Positions 22,414-30,554 of a stretch of 35,076 nt of DNA are shown here, one piece after another. Location of the stretch: IMG/VR virus record IMGVR_UViG_3300031760_000286, positions 1 to 35,076 of that record. One strand, 5' to 3'. Each line of letters opens with the position of its first letter. The stretch's first letter is position 1. The notes beneath the pieces are model-generated. The model had not been told where the DNA came from. It did no database searches and worked only from the letters and a program-made list of their open reading frames with translations. The position numbers and the translations under genes were made by a program. This stretch comes from a virus.

Positions 22414-23148
22414 TTAAAAGTTTTCTATTTGGAAGTCCTGCCACACGGCGCGGTTGGCATACATGTCGTTGGCGATTTTATGCACGAGCAGGGTGATGTT
22501 TCTGACGTCAAGGCTGGCGAAGACATTGTCGCCTCCGAGTTCGGGGGGCGTCATAGCTTCGCATCGCACCAAACCGAGGCTGGTGACAGCAAAGGCACCG
22601 TCTTCAATGCGGTGTACCCATGACGGTATGTGCACCTCCTTGAGTTCTATGTTGGCGAAGGCAGCTTGGGGAATGGTTGTGGGGTCTTTGAAGACGACGG
22701 CCACGGTGTGCGTGCCGGCGGTGAAGTGTATTTGCTGTCCTGTGTCGTAGGCCTTGCCGTTGTCTACCTTTACCATCGCCACATCGCCGTCGGCGTTGTC
22801 GTTGATGATGTCGTAGTTGCCTTCGCTGCCGAAGCTGTAGGTTGCCAGCACGGCCATGCCGACGGCGAGAGAGCTGATGCCGAAGGCGGCATCTACGTCC
22901 ACGAGTTGGGAGTTGGGTATGGCGTCGAGCTTCGTCTTGTCGGCGGCGCTCATGGCACCTGCCACGCTCTGCGTGGCGTTGGGGATGGTGAAGTACGGCA
23001 GGTCGTTGAAGGCCGCAAGGCCTGTGCCTATCTTCAGCCGCTGCGGCGTGGTGTCGGTGACGATGGCAAACTCACCGTAGGCCAGCACGGGGTTGTTCGT
23101 CGCCCACCGTGCGGCACTGTCTCTACGTATCTTGATGGTCGTTGACAT
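22414..23148 (-). CDS. Fibre-like protein: Mtd_N-type N-terminal domain fused to BspA-type leucine-rich repeats
   Basis: IKIRRDSAARWATNNPVLAYGEFAIVTDT..LKIGTGLAAFNDLPY is the tail-fibre / Mtd N-terminal motif. The C-terminal IPQAAFANIELKEVHIPSWVHRIEDGAFA..TPPELGGDNVF..AVWQDF is LRR_5-like. Confidence 0.6.
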   Translation of the reverse strand: MSTTIKIRRDSAARWATNNPVLAYGEFAIVTDTTPQRLKIGTGLAAFNDLPYFTIPNATQSVAGAMSAADKTKLDAIPNSQLVDVDAAFGISSLAVGMAVLATYSFGSEGNYDIINDNADGDVAMVKVDNGKAYDTGQQIHFTAGTHTVAVVFKDPTTIPQAAFANIELKEVHIPSWVHRIEDGAFAVTSLGLVRCEAMTPPELGGDNVFASLDVRNITLLVHKIANDMYANRAVWQDFQIENF

Positions 23149-23163
23149 GTCTTTTCTTTTTCT

Positions 23164-23175
23164 ATTTAATAGGGG
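23164..23175 (-). promoter_or_regulatory. Conserved intergenic element, copy c (CCCCTATTAAAT half only)
   Basis: It lies 15 nt upstream of the ATG at 23148. Confidence 0.3.
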
Positions 23176-23180
23176 TATTT

Positions 23181-23759
23181 TTATTTTTTGATATGTGTCA
23201 CAGCGTCAGCAAGTTCCACGCGTATCTCTTTGCCGAGTGCGTCAACGAGGATGCCGCGCAGCCGCTCTTTGATGGCCACCTCCTCGACGGCCTTCTCCAA
23301 CGGGTGCAGGCCGTGGTGGTTGGGAGAGTAGAAGCCCTCGCGGTGTATCTTGCGCACGATGGCCTCGGCCATGCGCCGCTCCTCGACGGCCTTCGGCACG
23401 GGCTTGCGGCTCTTCGGCACCCTTGCCGACCGCATAGGCGTGCGCGGCACGATGCGCTTGATGCGTATCCAGCGCAGGATGTCGTCAACGGCGTTAGGCC
23501 ACGGCTTGCCGGTCTTGCCCGTGGTCTTGTCGCGGCCATGCTCCACATAATACCACTGCTCGGGGAGACGGAAGATGAGCACCAGCGTGTCGCCCTTCCA
23601 CGAGAAGATGTAGTTGATGGCGGCACGCGAGAGGGCGCCCGTGGCGTTGACCTTCATCTCGGCGAGGTTCTTCTGGTACTGCGTGGCCAGCTCCATAGCG
23701 AGGTTGTCAAGGGCGGTCTCGTCGACCAGCTGGCCTATGATGTGCTGACGTTCTGCCAT
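23181..23759 (-). CDS. Hypothetical virion-module protein (192 aa)
   Basis: ORF in operon context. Confidence 0.45.
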   Translation of the reverse strand: MAERQHIIGQLVDETALDNLAMELATQYQKNLAEMKVNATGALSRAAINYIFSWKGDTLVLIFRLPEQWYYVEHGRDKTTGKTGKPWPNAVDDILRWIRIKRIVPRTPMRSARVPKSRKPVPKAVEERRMAEAIVRKIHREGFYSPNHHGLHPLEKAVEEVAIKERLRGILVDALGKEIRVELADAVTHIKK

Positions 23760-23760
23760 G

Positions 23761-25038
23761 TTACACGGTTGTCGGTATGAAGCTGTCGTCGACCTGCCAC
23801 AAGATGGTCTCCATCTGGCTGTCGTTCATGTGGTAGAGGGGCGGCACGCTCGTCCAGCGGTCGGCTTCGGTCATGATACGGAAGCTGCGGCAGCGCTTCG
23901 TCAAAAACATCTTCCACGCAGGCACCTCGGTATGCGTGTCGCCGAACCACTCGTATGCACGAAAACACTTGTTGCCCGTGCCTGTATGGTAGCCTGCCGC
24001 CACGACCTGCACCTGCCGCGCGTTGGTGCAGCCCTCGCCGCTCTCGTCGTCATAGTATATCATGGCGAAGAAGCGCCCTTCGATGGCTGCCTTGAGGTTG
24101 TCGTCGCTGGCCTCGCGGCTGTCGGTGATGACTATATCGTCGTCGGCCACGATGTCCTCGTAGCTCGGCACGTCATACTTCCACGCCGCCAGCGGCACGT
24201 CGGTGAGCTTCACGGCGGCGATGTCGTCGAGCTTCAGAACCTCCCACACCTCCTTGTCGGGCAGATACACCGACACAACGTCGGCACCGCCACGCCGTCC
24301 GAGGTCTTTCATCTGCCCTCGCACGACCTTGCCGCCGTCGGTGAGCTCGATATCCACCTGCACCTCCTCGCGCATCGCCGCCTTGATGTCGGAACGGCTT
24401 ACGCGAAAGTCATACTTTTTTTTTTCGAGACCCAGCGCCTCGGCCAGCGCCTCGCAGTCGCCGATAGGCTCTTCGGCAGCCATGCGGTGCTGCGCCTTCA
24501 TGCGCTCCAGGCCGCTGACGACCTCTACGCTGAACCCGTTGAGGCCACCCTCGCCGCCGTCGCTCTCCTTTATCTGCTGCCACAGCTCGTCGTCGGTGAC
24601 CTTGAAGGAGACCACCCACGAGCCGTCGGTGACGTCTTTGAACTCCTCCGGCACGATGCCGCGCTCCTTGTCGATGAAGTAGCTTTCAATCATGACACAT
24701 TGCGAGGTGCTGTAGGTGTCGCGGTCGTGCTGCAGGTCTATGACGTTCAGCAGGCCGTCCTTGCTGTACTTCTCCACGAGCTGGCGGATGGTGTCCTTCT
24801 CGAAGACTATGTAATATTCGCCCAGCTCTTCATTGCGGCGGTAGATAGGCGTGTCCGCCAGCAGGGCGACGCCCGTGATGACATGCTGCTCGTCGTCGGC
24901 CTTGAGGCGCACCTGCTGCCGCTTGGGTTCCTCGCAGAACTTGAGAAAGTTCTTCTCCACGGCAGGAAAGTCCACAAGGCTGATAGCCAGCAAACCCCAG
25001 TCGGGCTGGTCGTCGTAAGTAACTCTGTATATCTTCAT
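23761..25038 (-). CDS. XkdF-like (putative prohead serine protease) domain fused to a C-terminal domain of about 215 aa
   Basis: The N-terminal ~200 aa align by eye with B. subtilis XkdF (ISLVDFPAVE, KADDEQHVITGVALL, IDLQHD, MIESY, GSWVVSFKVTDDELWQQIK). An A10 run sits at the domain junction. Confidence 0.55.
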   Translation of the reverse strand: MKIYRVTYDDQPDWGLLAISLVDFPAVEKNFLKFCEEPKRQQVRLKADDEQHVITGVALLADTPIYRRNEELGEYYIVFEKDTIRQLVEKYSKDGLLNVIDLQHDRDTYSTSQCVMIESYFIDKERGIVPEEFKDVTDGSWVVSFKVTDDELWQQIKESDGGEGGLNGFSVEVVSGLERMKAQHRMAAEEPIGDCEALAEALGLEKKKYDFRVSRSDIKAAMREEVQVDIELTDGGKVVRGQMKDLGRRGGADVVSVYLPDKEVWEVLKLDDIAAVKLTDVPLAAWKYDVPSYEDIVADDDIVITDSREASDDNLKAAIEGRFFAMIYYDDESGEGCTNARQVQVVAAGYHTGTGNKCFRAYEWFGDTHTEVPAWKMFLTKRCRSFRIMTEADRWTSVPPLYHMNDSQMETILWQVDDSFIPTTV

Positions 25039-25050
25039 AACGTTTGTGTG

Positions 25051-26946
25051 TTAGTATGTTGCGTTGTCTGTTGAGACCTCCACGCGCTTCTGCGCGGCGG
25101 TGATGTCCTCTTCGAGGACGTATACGCGCGTGTCGGGGAGGTTGGCTATGTCCTCGTCGGTCTGCACGGCACGCGTCGGCGTGACCGTCGTGGCGTTGAC
25201 GCTCACGGCCTGCGTGGAGACGCTGCCGACATTGCCGCCGCCGCCACTCTTCGAGACCTGCACGCTCTTGAGTTTGGCGATGTTGGCTATGCCGGTGGCT
25301 ATCACCGTGGCCGCTGTGGCGGCGGCGAGGATGAGGTTGTAGGGGGCAGGGAGGCCGCTGTTGACGCCCGACATGAAGCCGGCGATGCCGCCCTGTATGG
25401 TGTCGATGGTGGCCTGCACAATCTTGAGTGCCTTCCACTCCTGCGTACCCTCTTCCATCGTGTCGCTGATGGCTCCGAGGACGGTGCCGATGGCTGTGGC
25501 CGAGGCCGACATGGCGGCGACAAAACCCTTCTCCAGCGCCTTGCGCTTCTCTATCTCTTCCTGCTTCTTGCGCGTGCGCTCGGCCTCCTGCTGTGCCAGC
25601 TGGTCGGTCAACAAGGCCTCGCCCTCCAGTTGAAGGTCTGCGGCCTCCACCTCCAGCTGCGCGAGCTGGTTGTTGAAGTCCTGCTCCGTGATGAGGCCGT
25701 TTTCGAAGCGCTGCCTCAACAGCTCCTCGCGGCGGTCGCGGTACTCCATGTCGAGCTGCAGCAGCTGCTCCTGCGCGTCGGCCTCGCCGTTTATCATGAT
25801 GTCGGCCTTGCGCTGCGTGTAGTCCGTGAGGGCTTGCAGTTCGGCCTGCTGCGCCTCTCCGGCATAGTCACGCGAGGGGGCGTTGTCCTGCGCCGTCATG
25901 GTGTTCTTTATGGGCGACGCACTCTCGGGGTCTTGCACCTCGGCGACGGCGGCCTTGACGACTGCGGCCTTCTGCTTGGTGAAGTCCGCCCACTCCTGCA
26001 TGAGTTTCTTCTGCTCTTCGAGGTCGCCATAAGCGGCGACGGCTCGCCACTGAAAATACTCTCGCCACGTCTTCTTGCCTTCGTCGCTGGCCTTCCAGTT
26101 CTCGTCGCTGTTGTGCGAAAGTATCTCCTGCCACACGGCCTTCATCTTCTCGCCAGCGGCGGCTATGTACTTCACCCTGTCGTCCTCTATCTTCTTGTCG
26201 AGCTCGAAGGCGTTGATGTTGCCCTTGCGGTACTCCTCCTGCCAATAGGCGCGGCTGTCGGCGAGACGTTTCTCAAGCCCCTGCACGATGGCGAGGTTGT
26301 TGTACTGCTCGTTGTAATAGTCACCCTCGGCGGCGCTCAATTGATTGGCGACCTTCAACTGCTCCTTCAGCTGCTCGTTGTGCTTGCGTGCTGCCTCTGC
26401 AGCCTCCTCCTGCTCGCGCTTCAGCTCGCTCAACTTGCTCACGAGGATGCCTACGGCCACGGCGGCGGCTCCTATGCCGGAGGTGATGAGCGCCTTCTTC
26501 AGTCCGCTCATCGCCGTTGTGCTGGCCTTGATGCTTATAGTGAGGGCGCGAAAGGCCTTGACGCCGCTGTCTATGGCCGCAACGCCCTGCGTGATGGCCA
26601 TAGCGCTCTGCAGCATCTTGAGCATCTTCACGTCGTCGCCCAGCTCCACGCCCATGAGCGACAGCGAGCCGAGGACGGTCTGGAAGGCTCCAGTCAAACC
26701 CATGACGGTGCCGCGCACGTTGGCGACGCGGTCGCCGAAGTCGGTCGTCGTCTGCTTGACCTGCTCCTGCATCTCGCGCAGCTGGTGCGTCTTGTCGCCC
26801 AGCTCTACGAGGGTGTCGTTATATTCTTTGGTGCCTTGCTCAAGACCGAGCAGCTGGTCGCGGAGCGCCTTTATCTCTTTGCGGAGGTTGGCGACGCTCT
26901 GCACGCCAGGCTGCGTGTTGACTTGCAGTATCTCTACATCTTCCAT
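25051..26946 (-). CDS. Tape-measure-like protein (long coiled coil with Gly/Ala-rich hydrophobic segments)
   Basis: Starts at the ATG at 26944-26946 (MEDVEILQVNTQ..). 631 aa with extended heptad regions and segments such as ITSGIGAAAVAVGILV. Overlapping chaperone-like ORFs precede it. Confidence 0.5.
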   Translation of the reverse strand: MEDVEILQVNTQPGVQSVANLRKEIKALRDQLLGLEQGTKEYNDTLVELGDKTHQLREMQEQVKQTTTDFGDRVANVRGTVMGLTGAFQTVLGSLSLMGVELGDDVKMLKMLQSAMAITQGVAAIDSGVKAFRALTISIKASTTAMSGLKKALITSGIGAAAVAVGILVSKLSELKREQEEAAEAARKHNEQLKEQLKVANQLSAAEGDYYNEQYNNLAIVQGLEKRLADSRAYWQEEYRKGNINAFELDKKIEDDRVKYIAAAGEKMKAVWQEILSHNSDENWKASDEGKKTWREYFQWRAVAAYGDLEEQKKLMQEWADFTKQKAAVVKAAVAEVQDPESASPIKNTMTAQDNAPSRDYAGEAQQAELQALTDYTQRKADIMINGEADAQEQLLQLDMEYRDRREELLRQRFENGLITEQDFNNQLAQLEVEAADLQLEGEALLTDQLAQQEAERTRKKQEEIEKRKALEKGFVAAMSASATAIGTVLGAISDTMEEGTQEWKALKIVQATIDTIQGGIAGFMSGVNSGLPAPYNLILAAATAATVIATGIANIAKLKSVQVSKSGGGGNVGSVSTQAVSVNATTVTPTRAVQTDEDIANLPDTRVYVLEEDITAAQKRVEVSTDNATY

Positions 26947-26963
26947 GTTGTCGTTCTTTGCCC

Positions 26964-26987
26964 TTTTAATAGGGGTCTTTGCTAAAA
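26964..26987 (-). promoter_or_regulatory. Conserved bipartite intergenic element, copy b (TTTTAG-N6-CCCCTATTAAAA)
   Basis: The minus strand reads TTTTAGCAAAGACCCCTATTAAAA. It lies about 3 nt after the U-tract of the 26991-27020 terminator (15 nt from the U-tract to the CCCCTATTAAA half) and 17 nt before the ATG at 26946. Confidence 0.4.
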
Positions 26988-26990
26988 GTG

Positions 26991-27020
26991 AAAAAGGCGG
27001 CGCCAACACGTAGCACCGCC
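26991..27020 (-). terminator. Intrinsic terminator between the chaperone-like ORFs and the tape-measure-like gene
   Basis: The minus strand has GGCGGTGC, a 9-nt loop, GCGCCGCC (8 bp including one G-U pair), then TTTTT. Confidence 0.5.
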
Positions 27021-27054
27021 CGAAACAACGATATGAAACAACTGGCCGCGTCGG

Positions 27055-27363
27055 CTACGCGTAGCCCTTGCGGTATTTCTTGAGCTCTTCATTTTCCTGC
27101 CGTCTCCGCACCGTCTCGTAGCTCACTATATAGAAGAGGTGCGTGACGCTCTGCCGGTATACTTCCATGATGGGCGTGTTTGTCAGCTTGCAGTAGGTTA
27201 TCACGAAAGGCGTGATGCCATAAGGCGCGAAAACTCCGCCACCTCCGCTGCCAGCTTCTTCACCAGCTCGGGGTGCATCTTCCCCGTCTTCCCCTTCATC
27301 AGGTACTTGGTCAAAGAGCGCAGGAAAGTGTCCATGTAACTCTTTGACCATCTGCCGAAAAAA
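27055..27363 (-). CDS. -1 frame extension of the chaperone-like ORF (gpGT-like product if frameshifting occurs)
   Basis: The 27055..27351 ORF is in the -1 frame relative to 27201..27830, and that frame is open from the T TTT TTC heptamer at 27363-27357. Confidence 0.35.
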   Translation of the reverse strand, partial: FFRQMVKELHGHFPALFDQVPDEGEDGEDAPRAGEEAGSGGGGVFAPYGITPFVITYCKLTNTPIMEVYRQSVTHLFYIVSYETVRRRQENEELKKYRKGYA

Positions 27364-27830
27364 CCCACCACGGCGAAGCCTGCCGTCAGCGGTAGGTCGC
27401 CGACGTCGCTCCGCACCTGCCGCATGTCATAGCCGTCTTGGTAGAGGTGGCCGTCGGGGATGACGACCACGGCCAGCAGGTCTATGAGCGACGCCTTGCC
27501 GCTCTTGAGGTAGTTGGTGAGGTCGGTATACTGCGCCACGCTGAAGTCGGCAGGGGTGATATCCACGCGGTAGAGCCTGCCGTGGATGGTGTATGTCGCC
27601 GACGGCGTGAGCTTGGCCTTGAGGACGGGCTCGCCGATGAACTTCTGCAGGCCTGCCATGTAGGCGCTGTATTCGATGATGGGTAGCTGCTCGGCGTCGG
27701 CCACGTCATACAGATACTCGATGATGTACTTGGCGCAGTCGGTTGGGTGTTCTTCCTGCAGACGGCACAGCTCCTCGAACTGCGCCACGGTCAGCTGCTC
27801 CCAGCTGTCAATTGCTTTTATTTCTTTCAT
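27201..27830 (-). CDS. Tail-assembly-chaperone-like protein (gpG-like)
   Basis: 209 aa, directly upstream of the tape-measure-like gene, with an overlapping -1 ORF. Confidence 0.45.
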   Translation of the reverse strand: MKEIKAIDSWEQLTVAQFEELCRLQEEHPTDCAKYIIEYLYDVADAEQLPIIEYSAYMAGLQKFIGEPVLKAKLTPSATYTIHGRLYRVDITPADFSVAQYTDLTNYLKSGKASLIDLLAVVVIPDGHLYQDGYDMRQVRSDVGDLPLTAGFAVVGFFGRWSKSYMDTFLRSLTKYLMKGKTGKMHPELVKKLAAEVAEFSRLMASRLS

Positions 27831-28179
27831 AGTCTTGCATGTATGGTTCTACAAGGTTGATGAACTCGTCGAAGGAGCGCACGAGGGCGTAGCGTATGCC
27901 GTGCCGCTCAGCCTCCTGCTGCCATGCCTGCTGGCGCGGCGACTGCCGCCCCTTGTCGGTCTTCATTTCTATGGCGAGCATGGTGTAGCCCTGCGCCGGA
28001 AGGAGCAGCAGCAGGTCGGCCACACCTGCCAGCATGCCCTCGGCCTTCAGTATGGCACCCTGCCGCTCCGTGGTGGCCACGCCGTTAGGCACGCCTATCA
28101 GCATGGAGGCGTGCTGTGGGTATTGGTATCTGAACCAGCGCACACAGGCGCGCTGCATCTCACTCTCGTTGTGTCTCAT
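27808..28179 (-). CDS. VRR-NUC domain nuclease
   Basis: ESEMQRACVRWFRYQYP..GVADLLLLLP..LAIEMKTDKGRQSPRQQAWQQE..G is the VRR-NUC PD-(D/E)XK pattern. Confidence 0.7.
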   Translation of the reverse strand: MRHNESEMQRACVRWFRYQYPQHASMLIGVPNGVATTERQGAILKAEGMLAGVADLLLLLPAQGYTMLAIEMKTDKGRQSPRQQAWQQEAERHGIRYALVRSFDEFINLVEPYMQDYERNKSN

Positions 28180-29426
28180 ATTACTGCGTATTGTGCCGTC
28201 CGCATGCCGTGGAGGGCGAAGGCCGTCGCCATGATGATGTCGTCATGGTAGCCTTTGGCGGCGTTGTATGTTATCTTTCCCGAGGGGGTCTTCTCCATCT
28301 GGTATGCGGCGAGCTGCACTTTCTGCTCCGCATCGTCAAGGAGCTGCACGGTGCGGTTCTGCACCTCCACGATAAAATGCTCTATGATTTTGCGCTTGCT
28401 GTCGTTGGTGGTGGTGAACTCCACGACGACACAGGGGAGCCCTGCGGCGGTGATGGCTTTCTTCAGCAGACCGAGGTAGACGGCGCCGATGCTGTTGGTC
28501 TCCACGACGAGCTTGCGGATGTCGTACTCGCGTATGGCCTGCACCACGGCCTGCACGGTGGCCGTCTCGTCGAGGTCGTTCCAATGGTATAGGCGCACCT
28601 GCTGGCGGTGCTCGTTGAAGACCGACAGCGCCGTGCTGTCGCTGTCCTTGCCTGCGGCCAGGCCGACGCCCCAGTCGAGGCCTGCCGTGTGGCGTGTGCC
28701 TGCCGTCACGGTGTTGCTGACGACGGCGTTGAAGTCGCCGAAGAGGTCGCTGGTGGTCTCCATCCACTCGCCGAGGTAGTCGGCACGGAAGAGGTTGAGG
28801 GGCATCTTCTTCTTCAGCAGCTCAAGGCGCTCGGGGGTGATGTAGGGGTTCGGCCAGTCGTTGAAGTCGTAGCTGTATATGCCGTCCTTGCCCTGCATGC
28901 CGTCTTGGTAGAACTCGTAGAAGAAGCCGCTGCGAAAGCGCGGCGTGCTGACGGCCACGATGGGGGCGTTGTTGGCGTTGACGAAGGGCGTGACGGTGTA
29001 GAACACGTCGTCGCTGATGTAGGCCGCTTCGTCGATGATGAGGAGGCCGTGCTGCGAGACCGTGAAGCCGCGGAGGTTGTCGCCCTGCTCTGCCGACATG
29101 AAGTGCAGGCTGCTGCCGTTGATGAAGGTCACCTCGAGGTCGCTGCCGTTGCTCTCGGCGACGAGGGGCTTGAGATTGCGCACGATATCTTTGTAGAGGG
29201 GCTTGGCCTGCTTGAGGATGGGCGCCACGAAGCCGCAGCGCTGGTCGGGATGAGAGAGGGCGGCGAGGACTAACATGTTCTCACACATCATGCTCTTGCC
29301 CTTCTGCCTGACGCTCTTGACGAAGTGCATGCTGCCAGCCCAGTGCGCAGCGAGGCCGTCATGCACCGCCCGTTGGTACGGCTGCGGCGTGTACAATGTG
29401 ATGTTTATGGAGGCGGAGGGGGTCAT
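28176..29426 (-). CDS. terL: Terminase large subunit
   Basis: 416 aa. Walker A-like is VRQKGKS and Walker B is LLIIDEAAY. The nuclease half carries GLDWG and YHDDIIMA. Confidence 0.8.
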   Translation of the reverse strand: MTPSASINITLYTPQPYQRAVHDGLAAHWAGSMHFVKSVRQKGKSMMCENMLVLAALSHPDQRCGFVAPILKQAKPLYKDIVRNLKPLVAESNGSDLEVTFINGSSLHFMSAEQGDNLRGFTVSQHGLLIIDEAAYISDDVFYTVTPFVNANNAPIVAVSTPRFRSGFFYEFYQDGMQGKDGIYSYDFNDWPNPYITPERLELLKKKMPLNLFRADYLGEWMETTSDLFGDFNAVVSNTVTAGTRHTAGLDWGVGLAAGKDSDSTALSVFNEHRQQVRLYHWNDLDETATVQAVVQAIREYDIRKLVVETNSIGAVYLGLLKKAITAAGLPCVVVEFTTTNDSKRKIIEHFIVEVQNRTVQLLDDAEQKVQLAAYQMEKTPSGKITYNAAKGYHDDIIMATAFALHGMRTAQYAVI

Positions 29427-29627
29427 GGTGTTAAAAAATGCGGCGGCAGTAAATTGAAAATGCGGATGTCACTGTTAAAACAAAAGGTTTTTTTGTGAAT
29501 TGACGTTTATAAAGAACTCTCTGCCGCCGCACTTGTGGTTATTTTAAATAGTCGTCTGTCATTAACATGCTTATATACTTCTTGTCCCGTAAGGCGGTCT
29601 GCATTAACTCGTCATAGGAGAAACGCC

Positions 29628-30554
29628 CTATCGAAGTGCCGACAAGGCTGCTCTGCGCGATGGCCTTGTAAAACTCGCAACTCCCTTTAACTTGCATTGT
29701 TTCAGTGACTTGCACCCCCCCCTATCAAATAAATAGTGGTTGAGGTTAGCGGTGTTAGTACGCCAGCCGAGGCCGTCCACGCCACAACAGCACAAACTGT
29801 CGCCCATGCTGCGCAACCTATTCTCCCCTGCGTAGAACTTCAAACCGAGTTTGTGGCACTTGCTTTTGAGTTGCAGAAACAGGGGTTGCAGAATGTCCGT
29901 AGGGTAGACGAAGTCGCCGCCGAGCCGTATTGTTTTCGGTCTCTTTGTTTTGTACTTCATGGCCTCAAAGACGCACCCATATACACCCACTTCTGCAAAC
30001 CTTTCTAGCGCTTGCGTGATTTGCTTGTGGTAGTAGGGCATGTATGGCTGCACACGGACGATAACCCTCTTATACTTGGCTATTTCCTCAGCGGCTTGCA
30101 TCCTCTCGTCAAACGTACTCGCGCCTTTTTCAAACTCGTCATACTCCTTGCAAGCGGCGCTGAACTGCACAACGCAGTTGCATTGCTTTATTAACTCAAG
30201 GTACTCGCCCTCGGAAATGAGCTTGTTTTTGGTGCTGACAACAAAGGGGTACTGCGTTTCAGCAAACAGTTTAAGGCATTCGAGACTGCGCCGAAACTTC
30301 TTCTCCACAGGTTGAAACGGGTCGCTTTCCCCTCCCCAATGTAACGGTATATCGAAGTCGCACCACTTCGTCAGCTTGTTTCTTTTGCCGTCGATGAAGT
30401 CACGCAAGGCAACCACGCTCTCGGCTGGCTTGATGTTTTGGATGTCGTACTTTAGCTTTACGAAACAGTAGTCGCAAGCATGCGAACAGCCTCGGTAGGT
30501 GTCGAAGCGTATAGGCAGGTCGCAAATAAATACTTGTGAGCCAGTTTTAGGCAT
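29628..30554 (-). CDS. Radical SAM enzyme, SplB / COG1533-like (DNA-repair-photolyase-like family)
   Basis: FDTYRGCSHACDYCF contains the CxxxCxxC cluster motif in the context typical of SplB-like proteins. The gene is encoded on a ~42% GC island. The C-terminus after the G8 run is doubtful. Confidence 0.65.
   Translation of the reverse strand: MPKTGSQVFICDLPIRFDTYRGCSHACDYCFVKLKYDIQNIKPAESVVALRDFIDGKRNKLTKWCDFDIPLHWGGESDPFQPVEKKFRRSLECLKLFAETQYPFVVSTKNKLISEGEYLELIKQCNCVVQFSAACKEYDEFEKGASTFDERMQAAEEIAKYKRVIVRVQPYMPYYHKQITQALERFAEVGVYGCVFEAMKYKTKRPKTIRLGGDFVYPTDILQPLFLQLKSKCHKLGLKFYAGENRLRSMGDSLCCCGVDGLGWRTNTANLNHYLFDRGGCKSLKQCKLKGVASFTRPSRRAALSALR

Noticed and set aside
115-26985. Many long plus-strand ORFs (for example 115..1056, 11733..13094, 13444..15279, 15801..16991, 23758..25074, 25630..26985)
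   Set aside because: They are antisense shadows of minus-strand genes in ~60% GC DNA. Their translations are Arg/Ala/Gly/Val/His-rich with no recognisable motifs, whereas the opposite strand gives clear phage protein families in a tightly packed operon.
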